Assembly: GCA_963749155.1 (NCBI GenBank)
Contig: CAVVLO010000003.1
Span: forward strand, 192,612 to 256,611
Direction: 5' to 3'
Length of the DNA stretch: 64,000 nt
Source: an uncultured Armatimonadia bacterium
GTDB lineage: Bacteria > Armatimonadota > Zipacnadia > CAVVLO01
Position 1 is the first letter of the stretch, and every line of letters begins with the position of its first letter. Below are positions 52,793 to 62,209 of this stretch, piece by piece. Made by a program: the position numbers and the translations under genes. The notes beneath the pieces were generated by a model that did no database searches, was not told the origin of the DNA, and was given only the letters and a program-made list of their open reading frames with translations.

Positions 52793-54787
52793 CTAAAGTG
52801 ATGCTATAGGTTCGTGGGTGGCAGCCTGGATGGGTACGATCGTATTGCTCTCGAAGCCTGTGCTGAAGGCTCCTTTACCCACTCGCAGACCCAGGTCGCC
52901 CTGGGCCGAGACGCTGCCGTCGCTGCCGAACTTGATATACTGGGAAGCCTCGAACCGCCCTGCGCCCATGAACTTGAGATCGACTCCGGCCCCTACCTGG
53001 AAGCCGAAGCCAGCCGCGGGGCTCCACGTGCCAGCCACGAAGAGGCCCTGGCCGGCTTTCAGTTCCAGCTCGCCGCTCTCCATATCCCACTCGAAACTGA
53101 CCAGGACAAGATCGATGCAGAGCGTCGTGTCGCCGCCATAGGTGACTGCTGGGGCCACTACTTCTCCTTCGCCCTCCCAGTAAGAGGGGGGCTCGGGGAA
53201 GGCCCCCATTATGGCAAGCGGTATGCCGTAGAAAGGCGGCACCTCGACAGTACTTTTGGCGGAGAGCGTTGAGGGCACATACTGGTAGCGCATCAGTGCC
53301 AGGCCGTGGTTGATCGGCGAGTAATAGCAGTCGCGCAGAGCCTGCTCCAGCGCGTCGGTAAGGATGCCAGCTTTGGCCTGCTCCTTAGCCGCCGCAGACA
53401 CACCGGGCTGATCCAGGACACCACTCATCGCCTCCAGAGCAGCAACCGCCTGGACCTCGGCCTGCTGCAAAGCAAGCTGGTGGAAAAGCCCCTCCATCGA
53501 GACGAGTTCGGACCCTTCGCGCCGAAGTTGGGAGGCTACGTAATAACTTTGGTCACGCTCGGCGTTGGCGGCAAGCTCCTCTTCCGTGCGCCAGACAAGC
53601 TGCACTCCGTCGGCCCAGAGCTGCATATCCTCTTTGGCCTTCTTGCCCCGGGGCAGATAGGGCTGCATCGTCTCGACAAGGCGGGTGGCGCACCGATCGG
53701 ACAGGTTTTGGCCGTGCTCTGTCATCTTGCGGCTATACCTGTCGGCTAGCCGCTCCATTATGGCCTGCACCTGGTCACAGGGGGAAAGGGCTTGCCAAGG
53801 GGCGGGCAACTCCTCCTCGCTGAGGCCCTGTTCGCGCAGGTCGTCTCGGTACTGCTCGTATTCGTCCCGGAATTCGTCCAGGTCGTGCGGTGGTGGTTCA
53901 GGTTCGGTGGCAAAGGCCAGCACGAAGGCCTGCAGCTCGCCGGCGTTGGCTTCGGCCGCTTTCAGAAAGGCCTGGTGAGCTTCGCTTTGCTTGCCTTGCC
54001 GCAGCAACGCTACGCCGTAGTTGAGCTGGTATCTGGAGAGCTCCGGCGCCAGTTCCACAGCTTCCTTGTAAAAGGCTGTCGCCTCGGCCTGCTGACCGTG
54101 CCTGGCAAAAAGCCAACCCAGCGTGGTGAGTGTAGCGGCCGACTTGGGATTCAGCTCTCGCGCGCGAGCAAGCAACACCAGCGCGTCCTCGTGACGGTCG
54201 CTCTGGGCCAGGCAGAAAGCCAGGTTGCCTAGGGCAGAGGCAAGCTCGGGATAGGTCTGGAAGGCCCTGCCGAAGGCCCATTCAGCGGCTTCGACATTGC
54301 CCTGGCCCAGTGCCGACATCCCGGCAAGCTGCAGCAGCAGCGCACGCTGATGGATCGTCAGTGTGACGTCGACCGGAAGTGACGCAAAGAGCTTGGTCTC
54401 AGCATCGGGCGGTACAGCCAGTCGCCCCTCGGCAACCAGCCCGTCCACCAGCGCCGAGGCGGCGTCGGCGTCGGGCTCCGGCAGGCTGAGAAGCGCCACC
54501 TGGGCGAAGTCTTCATCGGACAACGCAACGTCACCGGTGCGATCCCAGGTAGAAAGCTGCACCAGTAAGTGCAGCAGGTCGGCGAGGTTATGCTCGCCGT
54601 CGCCGTTGGCGTCGAGTTGAAAGGTAGCAAGGTCCTCGCCTAGCGCTTGGTCGAGGTCGGCCTGGTTGAAGCGGCTGTCAGCGGTTACGTCCCAAGCCCG
54701 CCAATCGGGCGGTTGCGCAGCCGATGCGTAAAGCCCTGCTAGCACGAAGAGCACGCTGAGGAGAAGAATCGTGAGGTGCTTGGTCAT
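52793..54787 (-). CDS. Secreted TPR-repeat protein with an N-terminal dockerin/EF-hand-like motif
   Basis: Signal peptide MTKHLTILLLSVLFVLAGLYASA. QLDANGDGEHNLADLLHLL. TPR-like GNVEAAEWAFGRAFQTYPE..., HEDALVLLARARELNPKSA..., QAEATAFYKEAVELAPE... Confidence 0.75.
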   Translation of the reverse strand: MTKHLTILLLSVLFVLAGLYASAAQPPDWRAWDVTADSRFNQADLDQALGEDLATFQLDANGDGEHNLADLLHLLVQLSTWDRTGDVALSDEDFAQVALLSLPEPDADAASALVDGLVAEGRLAVPPDAETKLFASLPVDVTLTIHQRALLLQLAGMSALGQGNVEAAEWAFGRAFQTYPELASALGNLAFCLAQSDRHEDALVLLARARELNPKSAATLTTLGWLFARHGQQAEATAFYKEAVELAPELSRYQLNYGVALLRQGKQSEAHQAFLKAAEANAGELQAFVLAFATEPEPPPHDLDEFRDEYEQYRDDLREQGLSEEELPAPWQALSPCDQVQAIMERLADRYSRKMTEHGQNLSDRCATRLVETMQPYLPRGKKAKEDMQLWADGVQLVWRTEEELAANAERDQSYYVASQLRREGSELVSMEGLFHQLALQQAEVQAVAALEAMSGVLDQPGVSAAAKEQAKAGILTDALEQALRDCYYSPINHGLALMRYQYVPSTLSAKSTVEVPPFYGIPLAIMGAFPEPPSYWEGEGEVVAPAVTYGGDTTLCIDLVLVSFEWDMESGELELKAGQGLFVAGTWSPAAGFGFQVGAGVDLKFMGAGRFEASQYIKFGSDGSVSAQGDLGLRVGKGAFSTGFESNTIVPIQAATHEPIASL

Positions 54788-54871
54788 CTTGAGCCCTCCC
54801 GATAACGCAGAGAATAGAGGAAGCTCTAAGGCAGGCTGACTAAATTATAACACTGCCAAGGGCCTTGCAGG

Positions 54872-55444
54872 TTGTCATACCCGTCGTGGCGAAGGCCACT
54901 GGCAAGTTTGGTCCGAAGGAGCACTAGCGTGCCTCTGCCCATCGTAGATGTCCATTGCCATTACTTCAACGTCCAGTATGTGGTGCGCGAGCTGCTGGAA
55001 ATGCAGCACGAGAAAGCCCTTGGCGTCTATCCGGCTTTCGATTACTTCGATGACGACACTACCCCGCAGCCTCAGAGCATCCGAAGCTTCGGAGTAGGCC
55101 TGAAGAAGGGTTTCGAGATATTCCTCCAGGCGATGAAACTCGGCCTAAGGTCGCCTGAATCGAATTTCCGATATGCCAAAGACTGTCTTGCGAAAGGCGA
55201 ACTTGCCGGCTATCCGCTGCTGGCCTGCCCGCTGATGATGGATATCTATTATGCGGGCGCGAATGCGCGGTGGCAGTTTCCAGTACCGATGCCTGAGCCT
55301 CAGCTGGTCTCGACGGAGACCTATCTGGCCGAAGCGCGCTGGCTTGAAAGCGAACTGCTATGGCAAGTTATCGGGTTGCCCAACGCGCCCAGGGGCTTTC
55401 CTTCGAGGGAGAAGCCGACCTGCGCGTTGCGATGCGAGAGGTGA
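54872..55444 (+). CDS. Amidohydrolase-2-type metal-dependent hydrolase (fragment 1 of 3)
   Basis: PLPIVDVHCHYFNVQYV (HxH metal motif). Plausible sequence ends about ...WQVIGLPNA. A -1 shift lies at the C-run at 55388-55390. Confidence 0.7.
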   Translation: MSYPSWRRPLASLVRRSTSVPLPIVDVHCHYFNVQYVVRELLEMQHEKALGVYPAFDYFDDDTTPQPQSIRSFGVGLKKGFEIFLQAMKLGLRSPESNFRYAKDCLAKGELAGYPLLACPLMMDIYYAGANARWQFPVPMPEPQLVSTETYLAEARWLESELLWQVIGLPNAPRGFPSREKPTCALRCER

Positions 55445-56130
55445 TCGAAGAGGGCGCCGACCAGCTCGCTTCGGGCTCGAGGCCTTCAACCGGCCCGCTT
55501 GCGGTCTCACCCCTGTGGCCTACCAACTCGTATCTCTCAAAAGGCTACAAGCATCATATGGAAGAGCTGCTGCGCCTGCAGGGCGAAAGCTTCGATGAGG
55601 TTTTTCCCTTCTTTGCTTTCGATCCCAGGCGACCGGGCATCCTGGATGCCGCGAAGTTGCTGGTAGGTCAGGGCCGCCCCTTCCGGGGCATAAAGCTTTA
55701 TCCCCCCCTGGGCTATGTGCCGACCCATCCGGGGCTATATCCGCTGTATGCCTGGGCGAGCGAGCAGCGCATCCCAATCACAATCCATACCTCGCCTGGC
55801 CCAGTGCGCACCTTTGCGAGCAAGCTCTACGTGCCTGACCTTCGCGAAGGCGTATATTATGAGACTCTCGAAAATTTCGAGGGACGCGACGCCAGTTGGC
55901 ATTTCTCTGACCCGGCCCGCTGGAAGCCTGTGCTGGAAAATCCCGACTGGCCAAACCTCAGGCTTAATTTCGCGCATCTGGGCGGGTATGTCGAGACCCT
56001 CGAGTATGCGCGCGCCCTCGCCAGCAGCGGCAAGACCAGTCCGAGCAAGCTGGACAGAACAGATTATCCAGTTAGTGGAGAAATACCCAGGCCGCGTTTT
56101 CACGGATTTCTCGTATTTCCCTCGCGATGA
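55360..56130 (+). CDS. Amidohydrolase-2-type hydrolase (fragment 2 of 3)
   Basis: ...QGLSFEGEADLRVAMREVIEEG..., FFAFDPRRPG, GIKLYPPLGY, RIPITIHTS, LNFAHLGG. A +1 shift lies at about 56045-56052. Confidence 0.75.
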   Translation: MASYRVAQRAQGLSFEGEADLRVAMREVIEEGADQLASGSRPSTGPLAVSPLWPTNSYLSKGYKHHMEELLRLQGESFDEVFPFFAFDPRRPGILDAAKLLVGQGRPFRGIKLYPPLGYVPTHPGLYPLYAWASEQRIPITIHTSPGPVRTFASKLYVPDLREGVYYETLENFEGRDASWHFSDPARWKPVLENPDWPNLRLNFAHLGGYVETLEYARALASSGKTSPSKLDRTDYPVSGEIPRPRFHGFLVFPSR

Positions 56131-56383
56131 GTCGCTGGAGGCCCTCTGGACTCTGCTAAGAGCCCGTCCAAAACTGGAACGCGGGCTTATGTTCGGCACC
56201 GATTTTGTGATGCTGATATTCGAGGGGAAGCAGGGCAACCTCGAGGATTATTACAGTCGTTATGCGGGACTGCCCGACACTGTGCTGAGGGTAAATGCGC
56301 TGGAATTTCTCGGGCTTACCGAATCAGCCCCAATGTTGCTCTTCGAAGGAGCGAAGGCAAAAGGCCAAGGCGCTTCGCTCTGA
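55715..56383 (+). CDS. Amidohydrolase-2-type hydrolase (fragment 3 of 3)
   Basis: Real part from about 56050: WTEQIIQLVEKYPGRVFTDFSYFP...LMFGTDFVML... to the stop at 56381-56383. Confidence 0.7.
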   Translation: MCRPIRGYIRCMPGRASSASQSQSIPRLAQCAPLRASSTCLTFAKAYIMRLSKISRDATPVGISLTRPAGSLCWKIPTGQTSGLISRIWAGMSRPSSMRAPSPAAARPVRASWTEQIIQLVEKYPGRVFTDFSYFPRDESLEALWTLLRARPKLERGLMFGTDFVMLIFEGKQGNLEDYYSRYAGLPDTVLRVNALEFLGLTESAPMLLFEGAKAKGQGASL

Positions 56384-56497
56384 GTCACCTGGCTCTGCCT
56401 GGCTAACCAGGTAGAAGCAACTTGCTTCTGAAACTTGCGAGTCGGACCCTCTGGCTTGTATTTCCAAACTTTTGCTCTCCAAAATCTCTTATGGCTA

Positions 56498-56526
56498 TTG
56501 ACGTTGGATACCCCCCGTGGTATATT
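56498..56526 (+). promoter_or_regulatory. Sigma-70-type promoter of the flavoprotein gene
   Basis: TTGACG (56498-56503), 17 nt, TATATT (56521-56526). Confidence 0.6.
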
Positions 56527-56545
56527 AGGTGTCACTAACACCTAA
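56525..56545 (+). promoter_or_regulatory. Operator-like perfect inverted repeat overlapping the -10/+1 region
   Basis: TTAGGTGT-cacta-ACACCTAA (8-bp arms), immediately followed by the AGGAGA RBS and the ATG at 56561. Confidence 0.5.
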
Positions 56546-56560
56546 GGAGACCAGTATCCT

Positions 56561-57961
56561 ATGGAAACGACTCGGCAAGCCAGGACTGATGTGCTTATTC
56601 TCGGTGGAGGGCCCTCTGGCATCCAGACCACCAACCTGCTACGCCAGCATAACCCTGAGCTGGAGGTAACCGTAATCAGGCCTGAGCGCTATTCGATGAT
56701 CTACTGCGCCTTGCCCTATGCGCTCGAGGGACTTTTCCCTCTGGAGAAGACCTACAAGAAGGATGGTCTCATAACTGATTGCGGGGGCAAGCTTATCCAG
56801 GATAAAGCCGTAGCAGTAGACCTGGAAGGCCAGGTTGTGACACTGGGCTCTGGCGCCACCATCGGCTATGACAAGCTGGTGATCGCGACTGGGGCCGATC
56901 CGGTGCGTCCCCCGATTCCCGGAATAAATCTGCAGAATATCTTTACCGTAAAGACGCAGGAAGACGCCCAGCGGATCATCTCGGTGCTTACCTGTGGCTG
57001 CTGCGGCGATGGCGAGCTTGTAAAATGCAGCCTCGACGGCCCCAAGAAGGTCGTTGTGGTCGGCGCCGGCGCCATTGGGATGGAACAGGCGACCGCTTAT
57101 CGCGCCCAGGGACTGGAAGTGCATCTGGTCGAGTTGCTTGGGTGGCCCCTGCCCCAGATGCTTGATGAGGATATGGCCCAGCCAGTCATCGAAGCGCTGA
57201 AGGAAGAGGGCATCAATCTCCATTTTGGAGTCGCAGTCGAAGCTTTCGAAGGCGAAGAAGCCGTTGGTTCGGTGCAGCTTGCAAACGGCGACAAAATAGA
57301 ACTCGCAGCCGGCCAGGACTTTGTGGTCGTTGCAATCGGTATGCGCCCTGCTGTTGCGCTCTTCAAGGATTCTGCTCTGCAGCTCGATCGCGATGGCATC
57401 GTCGTGGATGAGCATATGCGCACCAACCTCCCGAACGTCTGGGCCGCTGGCGACTGCTGTCAGTACGTTTCCGGGCTTGATGGCAAGCCAATTGGAGGCA
57501 AGCTGGCCACCAACGCCGTGCCGATGGCCAAGATCGCCGCCTTCGATATCCTGGGCAAGCAGGCCAGATATCCTGGCTTCTTCAATGGAGCCGCAACTGT
57601 CGTCGGCAAGCTGCGCGTTGGCAGCACTGGCTTCTCCGAGCGCGTTGCAGTCCAGCGCGGCTTTGAGGTTTACACCGCCTATGGCGAAACCACCAGTCGT
57701 TTCCCGATGATGCCAGGCGCGGATACGGTACGTATCAAGCTGGTAGTCGAAAAGGAAACCAGACGGCTGCTGGGCGCGCAGGCCTGGGGCTCGGAAGCCA
57801 TCGCCGAACGGATAGATTTGCTTACCCTGGCGCTGCAGCAGAACCTGACAGTGGACCAGCTTGCGGAGTTCAGCTACTCGGCCCAGCCCTGGCAGACCTT
57901 CTTCCCCGCCAGAAACGCCATCGTCGAGGCCGCTCAAAGAGCAGCCGGGTTGCTTAAATAA
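56561..57961 (+). CDS. Pyridine nucleotide-disulfide oxidoreductase of the CoA-disulfide reductase / NADH oxidase type
   Basis: VLILGGGPSG (FAD), single redox Cys in SMIYCALPYAL, VVVVGAGAIGME (NAD). Unusual Cys-rich insert LTCGCCGDGELVKCS. Confidence 0.85.
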   Translation: METTRQARTDVLILGGGPSGIQTTNLLRQHNPELEVTVIRPERYSMIYCALPYALEGLFPLEKTYKKDGLITDCGGKLIQDKAVAVDLEGQVVTLGSGATIGYDKLVIATGADPVRPPIPGINLQNIFTVKTQEDAQRIISVLTCGCCGDGELVKCSLDGPKKVVVVGAGAIGMEQATAYRAQGLEVHLVELLGWPLPQMLDEDMAQPVIEALKEEGINLHFGVAVEAFEGEEAVGSVQLANGDKIELAAGQDFVVVAIGMRPAVALFKDSALQLDRDGIVVDEHMRTNLPNVWAAGDCCQYVSGLDGKPIGGKLATNAVPMAKIAAFDILGKQARYPGFFNGAATVVGKLRVGSTGFSERVAVQRGFEVYTAYGETTSRFPMMPGADTVRIKLVVEKETRRLLGAQAWGSEAIAERIDLLTLALQQNLTVDQLAEFSYSAQPWQTFFPARNAIVEAAQRAAGLLK

Positions 57962-57975
57962 CGGCTGCTGTATCA

Positions 57976-58015
57976 GGAAGCCCTCTCTTTGGTCCCCCCT
58001 GGGGAGAGGGCTTCC
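57976..58015 (+). terminator. GC-rich 12-bp-stem hairpin downstream of the flavoprotein gene (possible terminator; no U-tract)
   Basis: GGAAGCCCTCTC, a 16-nt loop, GAGAGGGCTTCC. Confidence 0.35.
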
Positions 58016-58121
58016 AGTTCCAGTCTTCCCTCAGCACTCCGGGCAGGGATAACTGCCCTCCCGCCGAAGCCTTCCCCACCTGGTCGTGAGCTAAAACGAC
58101 CTCTTTCCGGGAGGCACTGCC

Positions 58122-59177
58122 GTGAATCCAAATCCTTTCCTTGGGGTCTTCCTCCACGCCATCGGAGGCCTTGCCGCAGCCAGTTTCTACATCCCCTTCA
58201 AACGCGTGAAGAAATGGGCCTGGGAGAGCTATTGGCTTGTGGGCGGCCTCTTCAGTTGGCTGGTGATGCCCTGGGTAGTCTCGCTGCTGGTCTGCCCCGA
58301 CGTGTTACGCGTGCTCAGAGATGCCCCCAGCTCAAACCTGATGTGGGCTTTCTTCTTCGGGATGCTCTGGGGCGTCGGCGGGCTGACCTTTGGCCTCTCG
58401 ATGCGTTACCTGGGGATGTCCCTCGGCTATGCGCTGGCGCTTGGCTTCTGCGCGGCTTTCGGCACGCTCATCCCTCCCTTGTTTATGGGCAAGCTGCCGG
58501 CGATGCTCGCCTCTCTCGATGGTCGGGTGACGCTGATGGGCACGATTGTGTGCCTCGCCGGCATCGGCGTCTGCGGGCGGGCTGGGGTGGCCAAGGAGCT
58601 GGAGCTCTCCGCCGAGGAGAAGCAGGAGACCATAAAGGAGTTCTCCTTCACCAAGGGCGTCTGGGTCGCCACCTTCGCGGGCATTATGAGCGCCTGTATG
58701 GCTTTCGGCATCCAGGCGGGCAAGCCCATTGCGGAGCTGGCTACCGAACTCGGCACGCCCGAGATATGGAGCAACTCGCCTACCTATATCGTCATCTTCG
58801 CGGGCGGGCTGCTGGTCAACGCGCTCTGGTGCCTTGCGCTCAACGTGCGGAATAACACCTGGCGCGACTACCTCACGCTCAAGGAAGTGCCGTACCTGGC
58901 CAACCTGCTCTTCTCGGCCGCGGCGGGCATCACCTGGTATCTGCAGTTTATGTTCTACGGGATGGGCACGACCCAGATGGGCAAATATGACTTCTCCAGT
59001 TGGACAATCCATATGGCCTTCATCATCGTGTTCAGCAACCTGTGGGGGCTGTACTTCCGCGAGTGGAAGGGCTCCAGCCGCAGAACGCTCTCCCTGGTGA
59101 CCGTCGGCATCCTGGTGCTGGTCGCCTCGACCCTGGTCGTGGGCGCAGGCAACTACCTGGCCACGCTGAAACCATAG
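58122..59177 (+). CDS. rhaT: L-rhamnose-proton symporter
   Basis: GTG start 7 nt after GGGAGG. FLHAIGGLAAASFYIPFKRVKKWAWESYWLVGG, GLSMRYLGMSLG, WYLQFMFYGMG parallel E. coli RhaT as I recall it. Confidence 0.85.
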   Translation: MNPNPFLGVFLHAIGGLAAASFYIPFKRVKKWAWESYWLVGGLFSWLVMPWVVSLLVCPDVLRVLRDAPSSNLMWAFFFGMLWGVGGLTFGLSMRYLGMSLGYALALGFCAAFGTLIPPLFMGKLPAMLASLDGRVTLMGTIVCLAGIGVCGRAGVAKELELSAEEKQETIKEFSFTKGVWVATFAGIMSACMAFGIQAGKPIAELATELGTPEIWSNSPTYIVIFAGGLLVNALWCLALNVRNNTWRDYLTLKEVPYLANLLFSAAAGITWYLQFMFYGMGTTQMGKYDFSSWTIHMAFIIVFSNLWGLYFREWKGSSRRTLSLVTVGILVLVASTLVVGAGNYLATLKP

Positions 59178-59213
59178 GAGGCATGTGTTGTCTGCCTTAC
59201 CCGGAGGGATTCT

Positions 59214-60362
59214 ATGTCACCTGGATGGAAATCAATAACGATGACGCTTATCGCTGGACTGGTGCTGTTTGGGCTTGCGCTCTGGGTGGCTTCTGCAGCC
59301 GAAGAGAAGCAGCCCCCGCTCGTTCAGAACGGCTGGTTTGTATGGCGCGGCGAGGCTATCTGGGGCTGGACGCAGCATAACGGCTGGTGGCGCGCGGGCC
59401 AGAGGGCCAATATCACGCGGCGCTCTGTCGGCGATCCGGAGGGCGATGTGCGGCCCAACCGCACCGAAGACCTCGGCCTGCTGACCGATAATATGCTTAA
59501 GTACGGCTACCCCGGCTTCGAGCACAACTTCGGCCTGTGGTATGACCGGCGCCGGGACGCACACGATGAGACGCCTCGCTCAACGCCCGACTGCCAGCCG
59601 CCCTTCCTCGAGCAGCCCTGGGCGCGCAGTGGAGAGGGTCAGGCCGCCGATGGACAGAGCAAATACGACCTTACGAAGTGGAACGACTGGTATTTCGACC
59701 GCGTGAAGCAGTTCGCCGACCTGTGCGATGAGAAGGGCACGGTGCTCTTCTACAAGCTCTATATGCAGCACGCGCTGCTGGAGATCCAGCCGCATTATGT
59801 GGACTTCCCCTGGCGGCCCGCCAACTGTATCCAGGCGACAGGTATGCCCGACCGGATGCCCGCCGCCAACGCCTTCTACGATGTCTCCGACCCCGAGCGC
59901 GCGCGGCTGCATCGGCTCTATATCCGCAAGTGTCTGGATGTGCTGGGAGACAACCGCAATGTTGTCTTTTTGCCCTCGGAGGAATTCACCGGCCCACTGC
60001 CTTTCGTTCAGTTCTACATCGACACGGTGCTCGAGTGGGAGGCCGAGAGGGGCAAGCAGGTGACGATTGGCCTTTGCGCGCCGAAGGACGTGCAGGATGC
60101 GATCCTCGCCGATCCGGTCCGGGGCCGGCTGTGGAGGTGCTGGACCTGCGCACCTGGTGGATTCGTGCGGACGGCTCCCTCAATGCCCTCGAGGGCGGCA
60201 AGGAAGTCCCCGGCCGCTATACTGAATCAGGCTCTGGCCAGACCGAGGAGACCACCACCGAGCGTTTCTACCAGAAGCTGCGCGGCTACCACGATCAGTA
60301 TCCAGACAAGGCGCTGGTGGACGCCCTCAATGCTACGCGGCAAGACTCCTGGGCCTTCCTGA
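59214..60362 (+). CDS. Secreted glycosidase-like protein (fragment 1 of 2)
   Basis: Signal/TM MTLIAGLVLFGLALWVASAAE. ...NVVFLPSEEFTGPLPFVQFYIDTVLEWE... Plausible up to ...AILADPVRG; a -1 shift lies at the G4 run at 60122-60125. Confidence 0.7.
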   Translation: MSPGWKSITMTLIAGLVLFGLALWVASAAEEKQPPLVQNGWFVWRGEAIWGWTQHNGWWRAGQRANITRRSVGDPEGDVRPNRTEDLGLLTDNMLKYGYPGFEHNFGLWYDRRRDAHDETPRSTPDCQPPFLEQPWARSGEGQAADGQSKYDLTKWNDWYFDRVKQFADLCDEKGTVLFYKLYMQHALLEIQPHYVDFPWRPANCIQATGMPDRMPAANAFYDVSDPERARLHRLYIRKCLDVLGDNRNVVFLPSEEFTGPLPFVQFYIDTVLEWEAERGKQVTIGLCAPKDVQDAILADPVRGRLWRCWTCAPGGFVRTAPSMPSRAARKSPAAILNQALARPRRPPPSVSTRSCAATTISIQTRRWWTPSMLRGKTPGPS

Positions 60363-60769
60363 TGGCGGGTGGCAGCCTCCTGGTGAGGGGGCAGATCGAG
60401 TATCCTGAGAGTAAAGATCCGCCGACCTACATCAAGCCGGCAAATATGGATATCGTGCTGCCAACCTATGAATTCATCCGCCAGCACCTGGCGAGTAAGC
60501 TGCCGAAGATGCGGCCAGCCAACCTGGTGAAGACTGCTCCCGAGCGCAACTGGGCCCTGGCCGATGGGGGGACTACCTACCTCCTCTATCTGCTGCGGGG
60601 CGGCAGCGTCACGCTAGACCTTTCCAGTGCGAAAGGGTCTCTGAAGGCGCGGTGGTTCGATCCGAGGACGGGCGAGCTGGGAGAAAGTTTCTCAGTTCAG
60701 CCTTCGCCCGACGCCCTTCTGACCGCGCCCGATGAGCAGGACTGGGCGTGTCTGCTGGAAGCGAACTGA
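59930..60769 (+). CDS. Glycosidase-like protein, C-terminal beta-sandwich (collagen-binding-domain-like, as in DUF4038/GH140-type enzymes) (fragment 2 of 2)
   Basis: Real part from about 60125: PAVEVLDLRTWWIRADGS... The end ...TYLLYLLRGGSVTLDLSSAKGSLKARWFDPRTGE... is typical of that C-terminal domain as I recall it. Confidence 0.65.
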   Translation: MSGCAGRQPQCCLFALGGIHRPTAFRSVLHRHGARVGGREGQAGDDWPLRAEGRAGCDPRRSGPGPAVEVLDLRTWWIRADGSLNALEGGKEVPGRYTESGSGQTEETTTERFYQKLRGYHDQYPDKALVDALNATRQDSWAFLMAGGSLLVRGQIEYPESKDPPTYIKPANMDIVLPTYEFIRQHLASKLPKMRPANLVKTAPERNWALADGGTTYLLYLLRGGSVTLDLSSAKGSLKARWFDPRTGELGESFSVQPSPDALLTAPDEQDWACLLEAN

Positions 60770-60787
60770 CCCGAAGGAGTGAGGCCG

Positions 60788-62209
60788 ATGGCTGGTCGCA
60801 AGCTGGTCTTCCTGATGGTAGATACCCAGCGCTGGGATATGCTGGGCTGCTACGGCAATCCGGATATGAAGACGCCCAACCTCGACAGGCTGGCGAGCCA
60901 GGGCGTCAGGTTCGAGAGGGCCTACACCACGCAGCCTGTCTGCGGGCCAGCGCGGTCGGCCTTGTTCACGGGCCTCTACCCCCACTCGAATGGCTCCTGG
61001 GCCAACTCGATTGCCCTCTCGGCCAATGTGAAGACGATCGGCCAGCGGCTTTCTGATAACGGTTTCCACACCGCTTATATCGGCAAGTGGCACCTCGATG
61101 GAGGCGACTACTTTGGCCTGGGCGTCTGCCCGCCGGGCTGGGACGATGACTACTGGTACGATATGCGCCGGTACCTGGAGGAGCTGACCCCTGAAGAGCG
61201 CGTCCGCTCACGAGATATCCGCACCAACCGCGACCCGGACCTCTCGGAGGACTTCCTCTTCGGCCATCGGTGTTCCAACCGGGCCATCGACTTTTTGGAG
61301 AAGCACCACGAGGAGGATTTCCTGCTGGTGGTCAGCTACGACGAGCCGCATGGGCCTTGCCTCTGCCCCCGGCCCTACTCGGAGCTGTACCGTGATTACG
61401 AGTGGCCCAAGACACCGCGTGTCTTCGACAAGCTGGAGGGCAAACCCGAGCATCAGCGCGTGTGGGCAGGCCCGATGTTGGAGCGTAACAAGGACGAGTT
61501 GGTTATCCGGCCTCAGGACTTCCTGGGATGCAATAGTTACGTGGATTATGAGCTGGGTCGCGTGCTGGAAGCTATCGAGCGCTATGCGCCCGACGCGCTG
61601 GTCATCTACACCGCCGACCACGGCGACCTGATGGCCTCTCACAGTATGTGGGGCAAGGGGCCGGTGATGTACGACGACATCACGCGCATCCCGTTGCTGG
61701 TGCGCTGGCCTGGCCAGACCCCTGAAGGCGCGGTGTGCGAGCATCCGGTCTCCCATATAGACCTTGTGCCGACGCTGATGGAAGCCGCAGGCCTCCCCCA
61801 GCCGCAGTGGCGCGATGGAGAGTCGATGCTGGCGACCTTCCACGACCCTGGAGTGAGGCCCTCAGAACACGTTTTCCTGGAGTTCGGCCGGTATGAGATA
61901 GACCATGACGGGTTTGGAGGCTTCCAGCCGGTGCGTTGCGCCTTCGATGGGCGCTACAAGCTGGTGGTGAACCTGCTGACCAGCGATGAGCTCTACGACC
62001 TCGAGGATGACCCGAATGAGCTGACCAATCTCATAGAGTCTCCGCGAGTATGCCAGCGTGCGCGACGGATTGCACGATGCGATGCTGGACTGGATGAACC
62101 GCACCCGCGATCCCTTCCGCGGCTATTACTGGGAGCGCCGGCCCTGGCGCGCCGATGCGAGGCCCGCGAGTTGGGACTACACGCTGATGACTCGCCAGAG
62201 AGAGCATGA
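60788..62209 (+). CDS. Cys-type sulfatase (formylglycine-dependent arylsulfatase family); C-terminus frameshifted
   Basis: ATG 8 nt after GAAGGAG. LVFLMVDTQRWDMLG, signature TTQPVCGPARSALFTG (CxPxR), IYTADHGD. Plausible up to ...NLIESP at about 62042. Confidence 0.85.
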   Translation: MAGRKLVFLMVDTQRWDMLGCYGNPDMKTPNLDRLASQGVRFERAYTTQPVCGPARSALFTGLYPHSNGSWANSIALSANVKTIGQRLSDNGFHTAYIGKWHLDGGDYFGLGVCPPGWDDDYWYDMRRYLEELTPEERVRSRDIRTNRDPDLSEDFLFGHRCSNRAIDFLEKHHEEDFLLVVSYDEPHGPCLCPRPYSELYRDYEWPKTPRVFDKLEGKPEHQRVWAGPMLERNKDELVIRPQDFLGCNSYVDYELGRVLEAIERYAPDALVIYTADHGDLMASHSMWGKGPVMYDDITRIPLLVRWPGQTPEGAVCEHPVSHIDLVPTLMEAAGLPQPQWRDGESMLATFHDPGVRPSEHVFLEFGRYEIDHDGFGGFQPVRCAFDGRYKLVVNLLTSDELYDLEDDPNELTNLIESPRVCQRARRIARCDAGLDEPHPRSLPRLLLGAPALARRCEARELGLHADDSPERA

